Assembly (NCBI GenBank): GCA_041629335.1
Contig: JBFKNN010000002.1
Location: forward strand, 1-59,325
Direction: 5' to 3'
Length of the DNA: 59,325 nucleotides
From: Burkholderiales bacterium
GTDB taxonomy: Bacteria > Pseudomonadota > Gammaproteobacteria > Burkholderiales > SG8-41
Positions 1-10,603 of this stretch are shown in pieces. Numbering within the stretch: the stretch's first letter is position 1; each line of letters begins with the position of its first letter. The notes below the pieces were generated by a model. The model was not told where the DNA came from. It searched no databases and worked only from the letters and a program-made list of their open reading frames with translations. Made by a program: the position numbers and the translations under genes.

Positions 1-1907
1 ACCAGCACGTCGCCCTCCTCCACCCGCGTCTCCGCGGCCGGCGTCATCGTGCGCACGTTGCGCCGGCGCACGGCGGTGACCTCGACGTTGAGCTCGCTCA
101 GTCCGATTTCCGCGAGCGTCCGTCCGATGGAGTGCGCCCCCGCGCTCACCATCACGGAGTGCAGGCGCGGGTGCTTTTCTTCCGGATCCTCGACCTCGTC
201 TGTCATCCCGCGGTAGAGACCACGGAACAGGTGATAGCGGTGCGTCCGCGTCTCGCGGATGCGCCGCAGCACGCGGTTCAGCGGCGTGCCGAGCAGCATG
301 AGCGTGCTCGAGGCGAGCATCAGGCTGCCCTCCATCACCTCGGCCACCACCTCGGCCGCGCCCGCTTCCTTGAGCCGGTCGATGTCGGTGTCGTCGAGCG
401 TGCGCACCACCACCGGAAGGCCCGGGCGCAACTCCTGCACATGGCCGAGAACCTTGAATGCCGACGCGGTATCCGAGTAGGTGACCGCCATCGCGCGCGC
501 GCGCTGCAGGCCGGCAGCCACCAGCACCTCGCGCCGGCCAGCGTCGCCGAACACCACGCTCTCGCCCGCGGCCGCCGCCTCGCGGATGCGCTGCGGGTCG
601 AGATCGAGCGCGATGAACGGAATCTTCTCCTGCTCGAGCAGCCGCGCCAGGTGCTGCCCGCTGCGGCCGTAGCCACAGATCACCACGTGCTCGGCCGCGG
701 CCATCGACTGCACCGCGATGTTGTGCAGCTGCATCGCGCGCGCCATCCACTCCGAGGCGATCCAGTGCCGCACCAGCATGTCGCTCCGTTCTATGATGAA
801 CGGCGCCATCAGCATCGACAGAACCATCGCCGCGAGCACGGGCTGGAGGATGTCGGGCCCGACGAGCTGGTTCCTGTTGGCAAGCGCGAGGAGCACGAAA
901 CCGAACTCGCCGCAGGCGCCCAGCGCGAGCCCGGTGCGCAGCGCGACCGACCAGTCCACGCCGAACAGCCGGGCGAGCAGCAGGATCAATGCGGTCTTGC
1001 TCGCCACCAGCACCACCAGGAGCACGCTCACCCACGCGTTCTCGACCACCACGCGCACATCGAGGAGCATGCCGATGGTGACGAAGAACAGCCCCAGCAG
1101 GACGTCCCGGAACGGCTTGATGTCTTCTTCCACCTGATAGCGGTACTCGGTTTCCGAGATCAGCACCCCGGCAACAAAGGCGCCGAGCGCCATCGACAGT
1201 CCGGCGATCTCGGTGAGGAACGCGACCCCCAAAGTGACCAGCAGCACGTTGAGCACGAACAGTTCCGAGGACTTCTGCCGCGCGACCAGATGGAACCAGC
1301 CCCGCATGACGCGTTGCCCGAAGAACAGCAGCACCGATAGCACCACCGCCGCCTTGCCGGCCGCGAGCCCGAGATTCAGCGCGAGCTCGTCGGGACTCGC
1401 GGCAAGCGCGGGGATAACGATGAGCAGCGGCACGACCGCCAGGTCCTGGAACAGCAGCACGCCGATGATCTGGCGGCCATGCGCCGAATTGAGCTCGAAG
1501 CGCTCCGCCAGCAGCTTCGCGAGGATCGCGGTCGATGACATGGCGAGCGCGCCGCCCAGGACCAGCCCCGCCTGCCAGGACACGCCCAGCGCGTGCGCGA
1601 CGCCCATGACGATCACCAGGGTCGCCACGACCTGTGCCGCGCCGAGGCCGAACACGATGCGCCGCATCGTGATGAGCCGGGGCAGGCTGAACTCGAGCCC
1701 GATGCTGAACATCAGGAAGACGACGCCGATTTCGGCCAGCACGTGGACCGCTTCGGAGTCCTGGATCCAGCCCGCCGCATGCGGGCCGATGGCCACCCCG
1801 ACGATGAGGTAGCCGAGCAGCGGCGGCAGCTTCAGGGTGCGGAAAATGACCACCACCAGCACCGCCGCGGCGAGCAGGACGAGCACCGGTTGCAGCGTGG
1901 TTTCCAT
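1..1907 (-). CDS. CPA2-family monovalent cation:proton antiporter (Kef-type K+ efflux) with C-terminal TrkA-N/TrkA-C (RCK) domains. The 3' end runs off the left edge.
   Basis: Absent from the ORF track because it has no stop inside the window. Hand translation of the minus strand from ATG at 1907 gives METTLQPVLVLLAAAVLVVVIFRTLKLPPLLGYLIVGVAIGP..., many hydrophobic helices, then VVICGYGRSGQHLARLL (Rossmann GxGxxG). The plus-strand ORFs here are Arg/His-rich antisense artefacts. Confidence 0.85.
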   Translation of the reverse strand, partial: METTLQPVLVLLAAAVLVVVIFRTLKLPPLLGYLIVGVAIGPHAAGWIQDSEAVHVLAEIGVVFLMFSIGLEFSLPRLITMRRIVFGLGAAQVVATLVIVMGVAHALGVSWQAGLVLGGALAMSSTAILAKLLAERFELNSAHGRQIIGVLLFQDLAVVPLLIVIPALAASPDELALNLGLAAGKAAVVLSVLLFFGQRVMRGWFHLVARQKSSELFVLNVLLVTLGVAFLTEIAGLSMALGAFVAGVLISETEYRYQVEEDIKPFRDVLLGLFFVTIGMLLDVRVVVENAWVSVLLVVLVASKTALILLLARLFGVDWSVALRTGLALGACGEFGFVLLALANRNQLVGPDILQPVLAAMVLSMLMAPFIIERSDMLVRHWIASEWMARAMQLHNIAVQSMAAAEHVVICGYGRSGQHLARLLEQEKIPFIALDLDPQRIREAAAAGESVVFGDAGRREVLVAAGLQRARAMAVTYSDTASAFKVLGHVQELRPGLPVVVRTLDDTDIDRLKEAGAAEVVAEVMEGSLMLASSTLMLLGTPLNRVLRRIRETRTHRYHLFRGLYRGMTDEVEDPEEKHPRLHSVMVSAGAHSIGRTLAEIGLSELNVEVTAVRRRNVRTMTPAAETRVEEGDVL

Positions 1908-2012
1908 GTCTTCTTGAGGGATCCGGGTTTAACGAATAATGCCCTATCGACAATGAATTGCAAGCGCGCAGCGGGCCGGGGGACGGCGCTTCTTCTGCTA
2001 TACTTTGCGCCG

Positions 2013-3005
2013 ATGGACAACGTCAAACCGGCTGCCGTTTCGCACGAGGTCATCGCCAAGGCGCGCGAGGTGCTGGAGATCGAGGCCAAGGCGATATCCG
2101 ACCTCATCGCAAGACTCGACGACGGCTTTACGCGCGCGATCGAGCTGATCCTCAACCGCCGCGGTCGCGTGGTGGTGAGCGGGATCGGCAAGTCGGGGCA
2201 CGTGGCGCGGAAGATCGCGTCGACGTTCGCCAGCACCGGCACGCCCGCTTATTTCGTTCATCCGGCGGAAGCGAGCCACGGCGACTTGGGAATGGTGACA
2301 CGCGACGACGTTTTCATCGCCCTGTCGAATTCCGGGGAAAGCGCCGAGCTGCTGGCAATCGTGCCGGTGCTGAAGCGCCAGGGCGCGAAGCTGATCGCGA
2401 TGACCGGCAACGCAAGATCGAGCCTGGCGACCGAAGCCGACGTGCACCTCTACGCGGGCGCCGCCAAGGAAGCCTGCCCGCTCAACCTCGCGCCGACCGC
2501 CAGCACCACCGCCGCCCTCGCGCTCGGCGACGCGCTGGCGATTTCCCTGATGCAGGCGAAGGGTTTCACGGTCGACGAGTTCGCGCTGTCGCATCCCGGC
2601 GGCACGCTCGGCCGCAAGCTGCTCACCCACGTGCGCGACGTCATGCGCACCGGGCCGAACGCGCCGCGCATCGCGCACACCGCGACGATGATGGACGCGA
2701 TGCTGGAAATGTCCCGGGGACGCATGGGAATGACCGCGATCCTCGACGACCAGGGCCGGGTGATCGGCATCTATACGGACGGCGATCTGCGCCGTACACT
2801 GGAGAAGGGCGCCGATCTGCGCGCGACGCCGGTGAGCGAGGTGATGAGCCGCGGCCCGCGCACCATCGCGCCGGACCGGCTCGCGGCCGAGGCGGTCGAA
2901 ATCATGGAGCGCAACAAGGTGAACCAGCTGCTGGTGGTCGACCATGATCAAAAGCTCGTCGGCGCGCTCAACATGCACGATCTGTTCAGGGGCAAGGTGA
3001 TTTGA
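2013..3005 (+). CDS. kdsD: Arabinose-5-phosphate isomerase (SIS domain plus two CBS domains)
   Basis: MDNVKPAAVSHEVIAKAREVLEIEAKAI..., SIS motif VVVSGIGKSGHVARKIASTFASTGTPA, C-terminal CBS pair. The start is taken at the internal ATG 2013 of ORF 1593..3005. Synteny with kdsC-lptCAB. Confidence 0.9.
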   Translation: MDNVKPAAVSHEVIAKAREVLEIEAKAISDLIARLDDGFTRAIELILNRRGRVVVSGIGKSGHVARKIASTFASTGTPAYFVHPAEASHGDLGMVTRDDVFIALSNSGESAELLAIVPVLKRQGAKLIAMTGNARSSLATEADVHLYAGAAKEACPLNLAPTASTTAALALGDALAISLMQAKGFTVDEFALSHPGGTLGRKLLTHVRDVMRTGPNAPRIAHTATMMDAMLEMSRGRMGMTAILDDQGRVIGIYTDGDLRRTLEKGADLRATPVSEVMSRGPRTIAPDRLAAEAVEIMERNKVNQLLVVDHDQKLVGALNMHDLFRGKVI

Positions 3006-3048
3006 CCGCGCCCGCCGCCGCCAAGGCACGAAACTACAAGCCGCGGCG

Positions 3049-3609
3049 GTGGCGCCCGATTCGCAATATCAGGCAGCACGACTGATGCAAGACGTCTACG
3101 AGAAAGCCCAGCGATTGCGCCTGGCCGTGTTCGATGTTGACGGCGTGCTGACCGACGGCACGCTGTACTACACCGACAGCGGCGAGGAAATGAAAGCTTT
3201 CAACGTGCGCGACGGGCACGGCATGAAGATGCTGCAGGCGAGCGGGGTGCGGCTCGCCATCATCACCAGCCGCACGTCCCGCTGCGTCGAGCTGCGCGCA
3301 CAGAATCTCGGCATCGACCTGCTGTTCCAGGGCGTCTCCGACAAGCTTGCCGCCTTTGAGCAGCTGCTCGGGCGCGAGAAGCTCGACGCCGCCGGCGCCG
3401 CTTACATGGGCGACGACCTGATCGATCTGCCGGTCCTGCGCCGCTGCGGCCTTGCGGTCGCTGTCCCCGAGGCGCCGCAGGCAGTCCTGCAGCAGGCACA
3501 CTATGTGACGCAGGCGCCGGGCGGGCACGGCGCGGCGCGGGAGCTTTGCGAACTCATCATGCGCGCCCAGGGCACATTCGACGCGCAGCTTGCGGCGTAC
3601 CGGCGCTGA
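3049..3609 (+). CDS. kdsC: 3-deoxy-D-manno-octulosonate-8-phosphate phosphatase (HAD family)
   Basis: HAD motif I AVFDVDGVLTDG and GDDLIDLPVL. Position between kdsD and lptC. An alternative start at ATG 3085 is possible. Confidence 0.9.
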   Translation: MAPDSQYQAARLMQDVYEKAQRLRLAVFDVDGVLTDGTLYYTDSGEEMKAFNVRDGHGMKMLQASGVRLAIITSRTSRCVELRAQNLGIDLLFQGVSDKLAAFEQLLGREKLDAAGAAYMGDDLIDLPVLRRCGLAVAVPEAPQAVLQQAHYVTQAPGGHGAARELCELIMRAQGTFDAQLAAYRR

Positions 3610-3641
3610 GCGATGCTGCACGAACGGCTCAGGGCACCGGC

Positions 3642-4241
3642 ATGAGCGATCGCTTCAGCACCTGGTTTCCGCTCGTGCTGCTCGCGCTGCTTGGCGCGCT
3701 TACGTTCTGGCTCAACCGCCTGGTGCAGCCGCTCGACGCCGGCACCAGTCCCTCGTTGCGCCCCGACCCAGACTATATCGTCGACACGATCAGCGCGGTG
3801 CGAATGGCCCCCGACGGCACGGTCAAGCACACCCTGTCCGCCGAGAGAATGGTGCACTATCCCCACAACGACACCACGCGCCTGATTGCGCCCAGATTCG
3901 TGAGTTACGCGACCACGGCGGCGCCGGTCACGGTCTCGGCGAAGGAAGGCCTCGTCTCGAGCGAAGGCGAGAATATCTACTTTGAAAACGACGTGCGGGT
4001 GACGCGCGCGCCGTACGCTGACAAGAGCGAGCTCGTGATGGAAACGAGCTACATGCACGTGATCCCGGACGAGAACATAGCGCGCACCGACCGGCCGGTG
4101 ACCATCACCGATGCCAATACCGTGGTGCACGCGATTGGCTTAGAATTGAACAGCGAGACCCGCGTCCTGAAATTGTTTTCCAAAGTCAGAGGCACCTACC
4201 GTGAACCCAACGGATCCCCGAAACCGGATCGCCGCCGCTGA
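3642..4241 (+). CDS. lptC: LPS export system protein LptC
   Basis: N-terminal anchor MSDRFSTWFPLVLLALLGALTFWL followed by a beta-jellyroll-like region. Located between kdsC and lptA. Start is the internal ATG of ORF 3546..4241. Confidence 0.8.
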   Translation: MSDRFSTWFPLVLLALLGALTFWLNRLVQPLDAGTSPSLRPDPDYIVDTISAVRMAPDGTVKHTLSAERMVHYPHNDTTRLIAPRFVSYATTAAPVTVSAKEGLVSSEGENIYFENDVRVTRAPYADKSELVMETSYMHVIPDENIARTDRPVTITDANTVVHAIGLELNSETRVLKLFSKVRGTYREPNGSPKPDRRR

Positions 4242-4842
4242 GCGCCGCGCGGGCCGGATGGTGGGTGCCCTGGCGCTGAGCCTCCTGCTCGCTGCAGCGC
4301 CGGCCGCCGCCGAAAAGGCGGACCGCGGCAAACCGATCCATCTCGAGGCCGACCGCGTCACCGTCGACGATGCAAAGCAGATTTCGGTCTTCGAGGGCAA
4401 TGTGGTGCTGACCCAGGGAACGCTGGTGATCCGCGGCAGCCGAATGGAGGTGCGGCAGGACAGCGAGGGCTTCAAGTCCGGCACGACGTGGGGCAATCTC
4501 GCGTACTTCCGCCAGAAACGCGAGGGCTACGAAGAGTACATCGAGGGCTGGGCCGAGCGCATCGAGTACGACGGGCGCGCCGACAAGCTTCAGATGTTCA
4601 ATCGCGCCTCGATGAAACGCGGGCTGGACGAGGTGCGCGGCGACTACATTTCGTATGACGCGGCGAGCGAGTTCTTCCAGGTGATCGGCGGCAAGCCCTC
4701 TTCACCCGACGAGTCCGGCCGCGTGCGCGCAGTGATCCAGCCCAAGGCCAAGGAGAAGCCGGCACCGCAGCCTCCCGTATCGCTGAAGCCGGCCGAGAGC
4801 GTCACGGCGCCAGGCGAGCCGGCCGCGACCGGCGGGAAGTAG
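4201..4842 (+). CDS. lptA: LPS transport periplasmic protein LptA (OstA-like)
   Basis: Signal peptide MVGALALSLLLAAAPAAAEKADRGKPIHLEADRVTVDD...VFEGNVVLTQGTLVIRG. The start may be 4201 or the internal ATG near 4258. Confidence 0.85.
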   Translation: MNPTDPRNRIAAAERRAGRMVGALALSLLLAAAPAAAEKADRGKPIHLEADRVTVDDAKQISVFEGNVVLTQGTLVIRGSRMEVRQDSEGFKSGTTWGNLAYFRQKREGYEEYIEGWAERIEYDGRADKLQMFNRASMKRGLDEVRGDYISYDAASEFFQVIGGKPSSPDESGRVRAVIQPKAKEKPAPQPPVSLKPAESVTAPGEPAATGGK

Positions 4843-4848
4843 CACGCG

Positions 4849-5637
4849 GTGGGAACACCGGAGCCAGTGATCGTAACGGCGGCGCCACCCGTTGAGTCGA
4901 GCCCGGCGGAGCGACGAAGCGAGCTCAGAGCCGAGCGCCTGAAAAAGCGCTACCGCTCGCGGGTGGTGGTCAAAGACGTTTCCCTCGAAGTACGCAGCGG
5001 AGAGGTCATCGGGCTGCTCGGACCCAACGGGGCGGGCAAGACCACCTGCTTTTACATGATGGTGGGCTTGACGCCGATGGACGGCGGCGACCTCTACCTC
5101 GACGGCCGCAAGCTCACGCATATGTCGATCCACCGCCGCGCGCGGCTCGGCTTGAGCTACCTGCCGCAGGAAGCCTCGATCTTCCGCCGGCTCACCGTCG
5201 CCGAGAACGTACGCGCCGTGCTCGAGCTCTACAACGAACAGCCGGACCAGATCGGCAACAAGCTCGACGACTTGCTGCGCGACCTGCACATCGGCCACCT
5301 GCGTGACAACCCGGCGATTAGCCTCTCCGGCGGGGAACGGCGCCGCGTCGAGATCGCGCGCGCCCTCGCCACCGAGCCCAGGTTCATCCTGCTCGACGAG
5401 CCGTTCGCCGGCGTCGACCCGATCGCTGTCCTGGATATCCAGAAAATCATAGGGTTCCTGAAGGAACGGGGGATCGGGGTCATCATCACCGACCACAACG
5501 TGAGAGAGACTCTCGGCATCTGCGATCGCGCGTACATTATCAACGACGGCACCGTCCTCGCCTACGGCAAACCGGAAGAAATCGTTTATAATGAGAGCGT
5601 AAGACGAGTTTACCTGGGAGAGCATTTCCGTCTTTAG
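4849..5637 (+). CDS. lptB: LPS export ABC transporter ATP-binding protein LptB
   Basis: Walker [10 protein letters not shown], signature [15 protein letters not shown], Walker [13 protein letters not shown] start; the N-terminal about 25 aa are uncertain. Confidence 0.95.
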   Translation: MGTPEPVIVTAAPPVESSPAERRSELRAERLKKRYRSRVVVKDVSLEVRSGEVIGLLGPNGAGKTTCFYMMVGLTPMDGGDLYLDGRKLTHMSIHRRARLGLSYLPQEASIFRRLTVAENVRAVLELYNEQPDQIGNKLDDLLRDLHIGHLRDNPAISLSGGERRRVEIARALATEPRFILLDEPFAGVDPIAVLDIQKIIGFLKERGIGVIITDHNVRETLGICDRAYIINDGTVLAYGKPEEIVYNESVRRVYLGEHFRL

Positions 5638-5719
5638 CAGCGCTTGCCCGCAGCCGACCCATGGGCCGGGCGGGCCTGACCACGGGAGATCAGCGACAGC
5701 CCTGGTAGCATCGATAAGC

Positions 5720-7162
5720 ATGAAGCACTCCCTACAACTTCGGCTCTCCCAGCACCTCACCCTCACCCCGCAGCTCCAGCAATCGATCCGGTTGCTGCAG
5801 CTCTCGACGCTTGAGCTGAACCAGGAACTCGAGCGCCTGCTCCAGGAAAACCCGCTGCTCGAGCGCGAGGACGACTCCCCGGAACCGGCGGCCCCACCGC
5901 TTTCCACGACGTCCGCGACGAGCGCCGCCACCGATGAGCAGGCGAGCCCGGCCGATGGGCCGGCCGACGAGGCGCCGCGCGAGCTCGAGGGCCCCGACCT
6001 CAGCGACATGGATGATGGGCCGCCGGGCGGCGGGCGCGAGGACGGGGAAGACGGCGAGTTTCAGCAGGTGGCAGCCGGCGCAACGACCCTGCGCGCGCAT
6101 CTGCTCACCCAGCTCTCGGAAATGAACGTGACGGAGCGCGACCGGAAGCTCGCCACGCTGTTGATCGACTCCCTCAACGACGACGGCTACCTTGTGCAGG
6201 ATATCGCCGAGCTCCAGGCGGCGCTCCCTGAAGAGCTCGCGGTCGAGCCGGAAGAGCTGCAGATCGCGCTCAGGCACCTGCAGCACTTCGAGCCGGCGGG
6301 CGTGGGAGCGCGCAACCTGGGCGAGTGCCTCGCGCTGCAGCTCGCCGCATTGCCGAAGGAAACGCCGTATCTGGAGCAGGCGCGCGACATCGTTACCCAT
6401 TACCTCGATGCGCTGGCGGTGCGCGATTTCGCAAAGCTCAAGAAGCTGCTCAAGTGCGACGACGACAGCCTGCGCGGCGCGCAGAAGCTGATCGTTAGCC
6501 TCAACCCGCGGCCCGGGCGCGACTTTTCCTCGGAAGAGACCCGCTACGTGGTGCCCGACGTGAACATCCGCAAAGTGAAGGGTGTATGGATCGCCGCGCT
6601 CAACCCGGACGCCATGCCGAAATTGAGGATCAACCGGCTCTATGCCGACATTCTGAGCCGCAACCGAAGCGCGGGATCGCAGCAGCTGGCAACCCAGCTG
6701 CAGGAGGCGAAGTGGCTGATCAAGAACGTGCAGCAGCGCTTCGAGACCATACTGCGGGTGTCGCAGGCGATCGTCGACCGCCAACGCCATTTTCTGGAGC
6801 ACGGAGAGGTCGCGATGCGTCCGCTGGTGCTGCGCGAGATTGCCGAGACGCTCGGCCTGCACGAGTCAACGGTATCGCGCGTGACGACGCAGAAATTCAT
6901 GCACACGCCGCGCGGCATCTTCGAGCTCAAGTACTTCTTCGGCAGCCACGTCACGACCGAAGCCGGGGGCGCGGCCTCGAGCACCGCCATCCGGGCGCTG
7001 ATCAAGCAGCTGGTCAGCGCGGAGAACTCCCGGAAACCGCTCTCCGACAGCCAGATTTCGGAGATCCTCGGGCAGCAGGGCATCGTCGTCGCCCGCCGCA
7101 CGGTGGCCAAGTACCGGGAATCCATGCAGATCCTGCCAGTCAACCTGAGGAAGACGCTGTAA
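5720..7162 (+). CDS. rpoN: RNA polymerase sigma-54 factor
   Basis: [33 protein letters not shown]... (region I), an acidic linker, and the RpoN box [10 protein letters not shown] near the C-terminus. Confidence 0.97.
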   Translation: MKHSLQLRLSQHLTLTPQLQQSIRLLQLSTLELNQELERLLQENPLLEREDDSPEPAAPPLSTTSATSAATDEQASPADGPADEAPRELEGPDLSDMDDGPPGGGREDGEDGEFQQVAAGATTLRAHLLTQLSEMNVTERDRKLATLLIDSLNDDGYLVQDIAELQAALPEELAVEPEELQIALRHLQHFEPAGVGARNLGECLALQLAALPKETPYLEQARDIVTHYLDALAVRDFAKLKKLLKCDDDSLRGAQKLIVSLNPRPGRDFSSEETRYVVPDVNIRKVKGVWIAALNPDAMPKLRINRLYADILSRNRSAGSQQLATQLQEAKWLIKNVQQRFETILRVSQAIVDRQRHFLEHGEVAMRPLVLREIAETLGLHESTVSRVTTQKFMHTPRGIFELKYFFGSHVTTEAGGAASSTAIRALIKQLVSAENSRKPLSDSQISEILGQQGIVVARRTVAKYRESMQILPVNLRKTL

Positions 7163-7183
7163 CTCAAAAGGAGAATCCAGGAA

Positions 7184-7510
7184 ATGAACTTGCATCTAAC
7201 GGGCCATCATCTTCAGATAACCCCGCCAATCCGCGACTACATTGCCAGCAAGCTGGAGCGCCTCACGCACCACTTCGACCACGTGATCGACGTCAACATG
7301 ATACTGTCCGTCGAAAAGCTCCAGCAGAAGATCGAGGCCACCGTTCACGTGCGCGGCAAGGACATCTTCTGCGAGAGCATCGATGCCGACATGTACGCGG
7401 CGATCGACGGACTCGTCGACAAACTCGACCGTTCGATCCGCAAGCACAAGGAAAGAAACCTCAGCCAGCGCCATAGCGGCGCGCCGATCAAGCACAAGGC
7501 CGGCGAGTGA
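7184..7510 (+). CDS. hpf: Ribosome hibernation promoting factor (sigma-54 modulation protein family, short form)
   Basis: MNLHLTGHHLQITPPIRDYIASKLERL... Lies immediately downstream of rpoN. Confidence 0.9.
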   Translation: MNLHLTGHHLQITPPIRDYIASKLERLTHHFDHVIDVNMILSVEKLQQKIEATVHVRGKDIFCESIDADMYAAIDGLVDKLDRSIRKHKERNLSQRHSGAPIKHKAGE

Positions 7511-7565
7511 GCAGCGGCCGCCAGCCACCAACCTGCCGCCCCCGGGGGCGCCGTGAACCGATGAT

Positions 7566-8051
7566 ATGAACCTCATAGCCAAAATTCTTCCCGAGGCGAA
7601 CATCCTGCTCGACCTCGACGTCTCCAGCAAGAAACGCGTGTTCGAGCAGGTAGGACTGCTGTTCGAGAACAATCACAGCATCGCGCGCAGCGAGGTGTTC
7701 GACAGCCTGTTCGCGCGCGAGAAGCTGGGTTCCACGGGCTTGGGCCAGGGCATCGCGATTCCCCACGGCAGGATGAAGGGCCTGAAGGAAGCTCTCGGCG
7801 CGATGGTGAGAACGCGCGAGCCGATACCCTTCGATGCGCCGGACGGGCAGAACGTGAGCCTGATATTCGTCCTGCTGGTGCCCGACCGCGCCACCGACGC
7901 GCACCTGCAGATCTTGTCCGAGCTTGCGCAGATGTTCAGCGACAAGGCGTTCCGTGTGCAGCTCACCGCCGCGGCGTCGCCCGCCGAACTGCGCCAACTG
8001 ATCAACGACTGGCAGCCGCATGCCACAGGTCAGCATAGCTCGGTTGTTTGA
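7566..8051 (+). CDS. ptsN: PTS IIA-like nitrogen regulatory protein PtsN (EIIA-Ntr)
   Basis: GIAIPHGR phospho-His motif and the conserved position after hpf. Confidence 0.9.
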   Translation: MNLIAKILPEANILLDLDVSSKKRVFEQVGLLFENNHSIARSEVFDSLFAREKLGSTGLGQGIAIPHGRMKGLKEALGAMVRTREPIPFDAPDGQNVSLIFVLLVPDRATDAHLQILSELAQMFSDKAFRVQLTAAASPAELRQLINDWQPHATGQHSSVV

Positions 8052-8964
8052 GGACAACCGGGAAAAGCTCAGGCTCGAGTGGGTCGCCGGCCGCCAGGGC
8101 GGCGCGAAGGATTTGAACAGCGAGCTGACCAAAGACTCGTCCAAGGGCCTCATCGGCCACCTCAATTTCATTCACCCCAACCTGATTCAGGTGCTCGGGG
8201 AATCCGAGGTCACGTATCTCAATAGCCTGGATGTGGCGAGCTGCAGCCAGACACTGGCGCAGATCGCGACCCGCGAGCTCGCCTGCTTCATCGTCGCCGG
8301 CGCCAACGACACGCCGCGGCCGCTGGTGACGGTCGCCGAAGCCACACAGACGCCGTTGTTCGTGTCACCGGTGGCGAGCGTGGAGCTGATGTGGATGCTG
8401 CGACCTTATCTCGCACGCGCCCTGGCGGATTCAGCGACCGTGCATGGAGTTTTTCTGGATGTGCTCGGAATGGGCGTGCTCATCACCGGGGACTCCGGCG
8501 TGGGCAAGAGCGAGCTCGCCCTGGAGCTCATCACCCGCGGCAGCGGGCTCATCGCCGACGACGTGGTCGAGCTCTTTCGCGTCGGCCCGGAGACGATCGA
8601 GGGCCGCTGCCCGCAGCTGCTGCGTGACTTCCTCGAGGTCCGCGGCCTCGGCGTACTCAATATCCGCACCATCTTCGGCGAGGCGGCGCTGCGGCCGCGC
8701 AAGAACCTGAAACTGATCGTGCGCCTCGAGCGCCCGGCAGGGCAGGACCTGTCGCTCATGGAGCGGCTGCCACTGAAGCCGGGCACGGAGAGAATCATGG
8801 GCGTCGACATCCGCGAGGTGACAATACCCGTGGCCGCCGGCCGCAATATCGCCGTGCTGATCGAGGCGGCGGTCCGCAATTACGTGCTCCAGCTGCGCGG
8901 CATCGACAGCACGCAGGAATTCATCTCGCGCCAGGCCGCACAGATGAAAAATGACAGGACGTAA
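8020..8964 (+). CDS. hprK: HPr kinase/phosphorylase
   Basis: P-loop GDSGVGKSELALELI and LIADDVVE. N-terminus SIARLFEDNREKLRLEWVAG. Overlaps the ptsN 3' end by 32 nt. Confidence 0.9.
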   Translation: MPQVSIARLFEDNREKLRLEWVAGRQGGAKDLNSELTKDSSKGLIGHLNFIHPNLIQVLGESEVTYLNSLDVASCSQTLAQIATRELACFIVAGANDTPRPLVTVAEATQTPLFVSPVASVELMWMLRPYLARALADSATVHGVFLDVLGMGVLITGDSGVGKSELALELITRGSGLIADDVVELFRVGPETIEGRCPQLLRDFLEVRGLGVLNIRTIFGEAALRPRKNLKLIVRLERPAGQDLSLMERLPLKPGTERIMGVDIREVTIPVAAGRNIAVLIEAAVRNYVLQLRGIDSTQEFISRQAAQMKNDRT

Positions 8965-9059
8965 ATGATGACTGGCGAATCGTGGAGAGTGCGGCGCAGT
9001 AAGTTTCGGCGCTTGCTTGCCCTTCACCGTTCCGCCTCCAACCGCCACGCGCGGGCCGC

Positions 9060-9896
9060 ATGCAGCTGATCATCGTCTCCGGCCTGTCGGGCTCGGGCAA
9101 GAGCGTTGCACTCAACGTGCTCGAAGACACCGGGTTCTACTGCGTCGACAACCTGCCGGCGAAGCTGGTCCCCGAGCTGATCGGTTTTCTCAAAACCGGC
9201 GAATCCGAGCGGGTGGCGCTCAGCATCGATGTGCGCAGCGGCCGCACCCTGGAAACACTGCCTGGGCATATTGCCGCGCTCCAGAGTGCCGGCGAGGACG
9301 TTCGAGTTCTCTTCCTCGACGCCAAGACCGATACGCTGATCAAGCGCTTTTCCGAGACGCGCCGGCGCCATCCGCTCTCGGATGGCGCGCTGACGCTGCG
9401 TGAGTGCATCGCCCGCGAGCGCGAGCTGCTCGCCGACGTGCGCGACCTCGCGCAGCGGGTCGACACGAGCGATCTCAGTCCGAACGCGCTGCGCGGCTGG
9501 GTCAGGGACTTCGTAAGTCTCAAGCGCGCGGGGCCGACGGTGCTGTTCCAGTCCTTCGGATACAAGAACGGCGTGCCGCTCGACGCCGACCTGGTTTTCG
9601 ACGTCCGTTGCCTGCCCAATCCGCACTACGACCCCCGCCTGCGGCCGTTGACCGGCAAGGACGAGGCGGTCATCGAATTCCTGCGCGCGCAGCCCAACTC
9701 GGCGGAGATGCTCGAGGATATCCGGCGTTTCGTCGCTCGCTGGCTGCCGGCTTTCGACCGCGACAACCGCAGCTATTTCACGGTAGCCATCGGCTGCACG
9801 GGCGGAAGGCATCGTTCGGTCTACTTCGTCGAAGCGCTGGCAGCGCTGTTCCGCGAGCACAGCGAGGTGCTGGTCAGGCACCGGGAACTCGCCTGA
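9060..9896 (+). CDS. rapZ: RNase adapter protein RapZ (YhbJ family P-loop protein)
   Basis: [33 protein letters not shown]..., C-terminal [11 protein letters not shown] motif. Confidence 0.93.
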   Translation: MQLIIVSGLSGSGKSVALNVLEDTGFYCVDNLPAKLVPELIGFLKTGESERVALSIDVRSGRTLETLPGHIAALQSAGEDVRVLFLDAKTDTLIKRFSETRRRHPLSDGALTLRECIARERELLADVRDLAQRVDTSDLSPNALRGWVRDFVSLKRAGPTVLFQSFGYKNGVPLDADLVFDVRCLPNPHYDPRLRPLTGKDEAVIEFLRAQPNSAEMLEDIRRFVARWLPAFDRDNRSYFTVAIGCTGGRHRSVYFVEALAALFREHSEVLVRHRELA

Positions 9897-9993
9897 GGCA
9901 GCACTGCCGGACGCTTACCCGGGCCTCTTTCCTGCCGCGCGGGACGCGCCGATTCCGGGGCACCTTCCGCAAATCCCGCTGTCGCAAGGTGTT

Positions 9994-10584
9994 ATGGCCA
10001 CCACTCTCCCCCGCGAACTCCCGATCTTCCCGCTGCATACCGTGCTCTTCCCCGGCGGCCTGCTGCCGCTCAAGGTATTCGAGCAGCGCTACATCGAAAT
10101 GACCAAGGCCTGCCTGCGCGATGATTCGCCCTTCGGCGTGTGCCTGATCCGCGAGGGACGCGAGGTGGGCGCGCCGGCGCTGCCGCAGACCGTCGGTTGC
10201 GCCGCGACGATCGCGGACTGGGACATGCCCCAACTCGGCGTGTTCCAGCTGCTGGCGCACGGCCGCGAGCGCTTCCGCATCGTCGAGACCGCCGTTGCCG
10301 CCAACGGATTGATCTCCGCGATGGTCGAGGCCCTGCCGGAAGAAGCGCCGGCGGCGGCCGATCCGGGCTGCCGGAAGATCCTCGAGCTCGTGATCGAGAA
10401 AGCCGGCGCGTCCAACTTTCCCTCGCCGCTCAGGCTCGAGGATGCCGCGTGGGTTGCGTACCGGCTGGCCGAGATCCTCCCGATCGACGCGGTCAAACGT
10501 CAGGCATTGCTCGAAATGCATGATGCCGGCGAGCGCTCGCGCGTCCTGCACGAGGTGTTGGCCCAGAACGGGCTCATCGGCTAG
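9994..10584 (+). CDS. LON peptidase substrate-binding (Lon N-terminal) domain protein
   Basis: LPIFPLHTVLFPGGLLPLKVFEQRYIEM... is typical of stand-alone LonN-domain proteins. Confidence 0.8.
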   Translation: MATTLPRELPIFPLHTVLFPGGLLPLKVFEQRYIEMTKACLRDDSPFGVCLIREGREVGAPALPQTVGCAATIADWDMPQLGVFQLLAHGRERFRIVETAVAANGLISAMVEALPEEAPAAADPGCRKILELVIEKAGASNFPSPLRLEDAAWVAYRLAEILPIDAVKRQALLEMHDAGERSRVLHEVLAQNGLIG

Positions 10585-10603
10585 CGCCCCGGCGGCTAAC
10601 CTG

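Noticed and set aside
132-1812. Long plus-strand ORFs (402 aa, 199 aa and others) at the left edge
   Set aside because: Their Arg/His/Ala/Pro-rich low-complexity translations are typical of antisense frames in GC-rich DNA. The opposite strand encodes a coherent CPA2 antiporter with TM helices and a TrkA-N GxGxxG motif.
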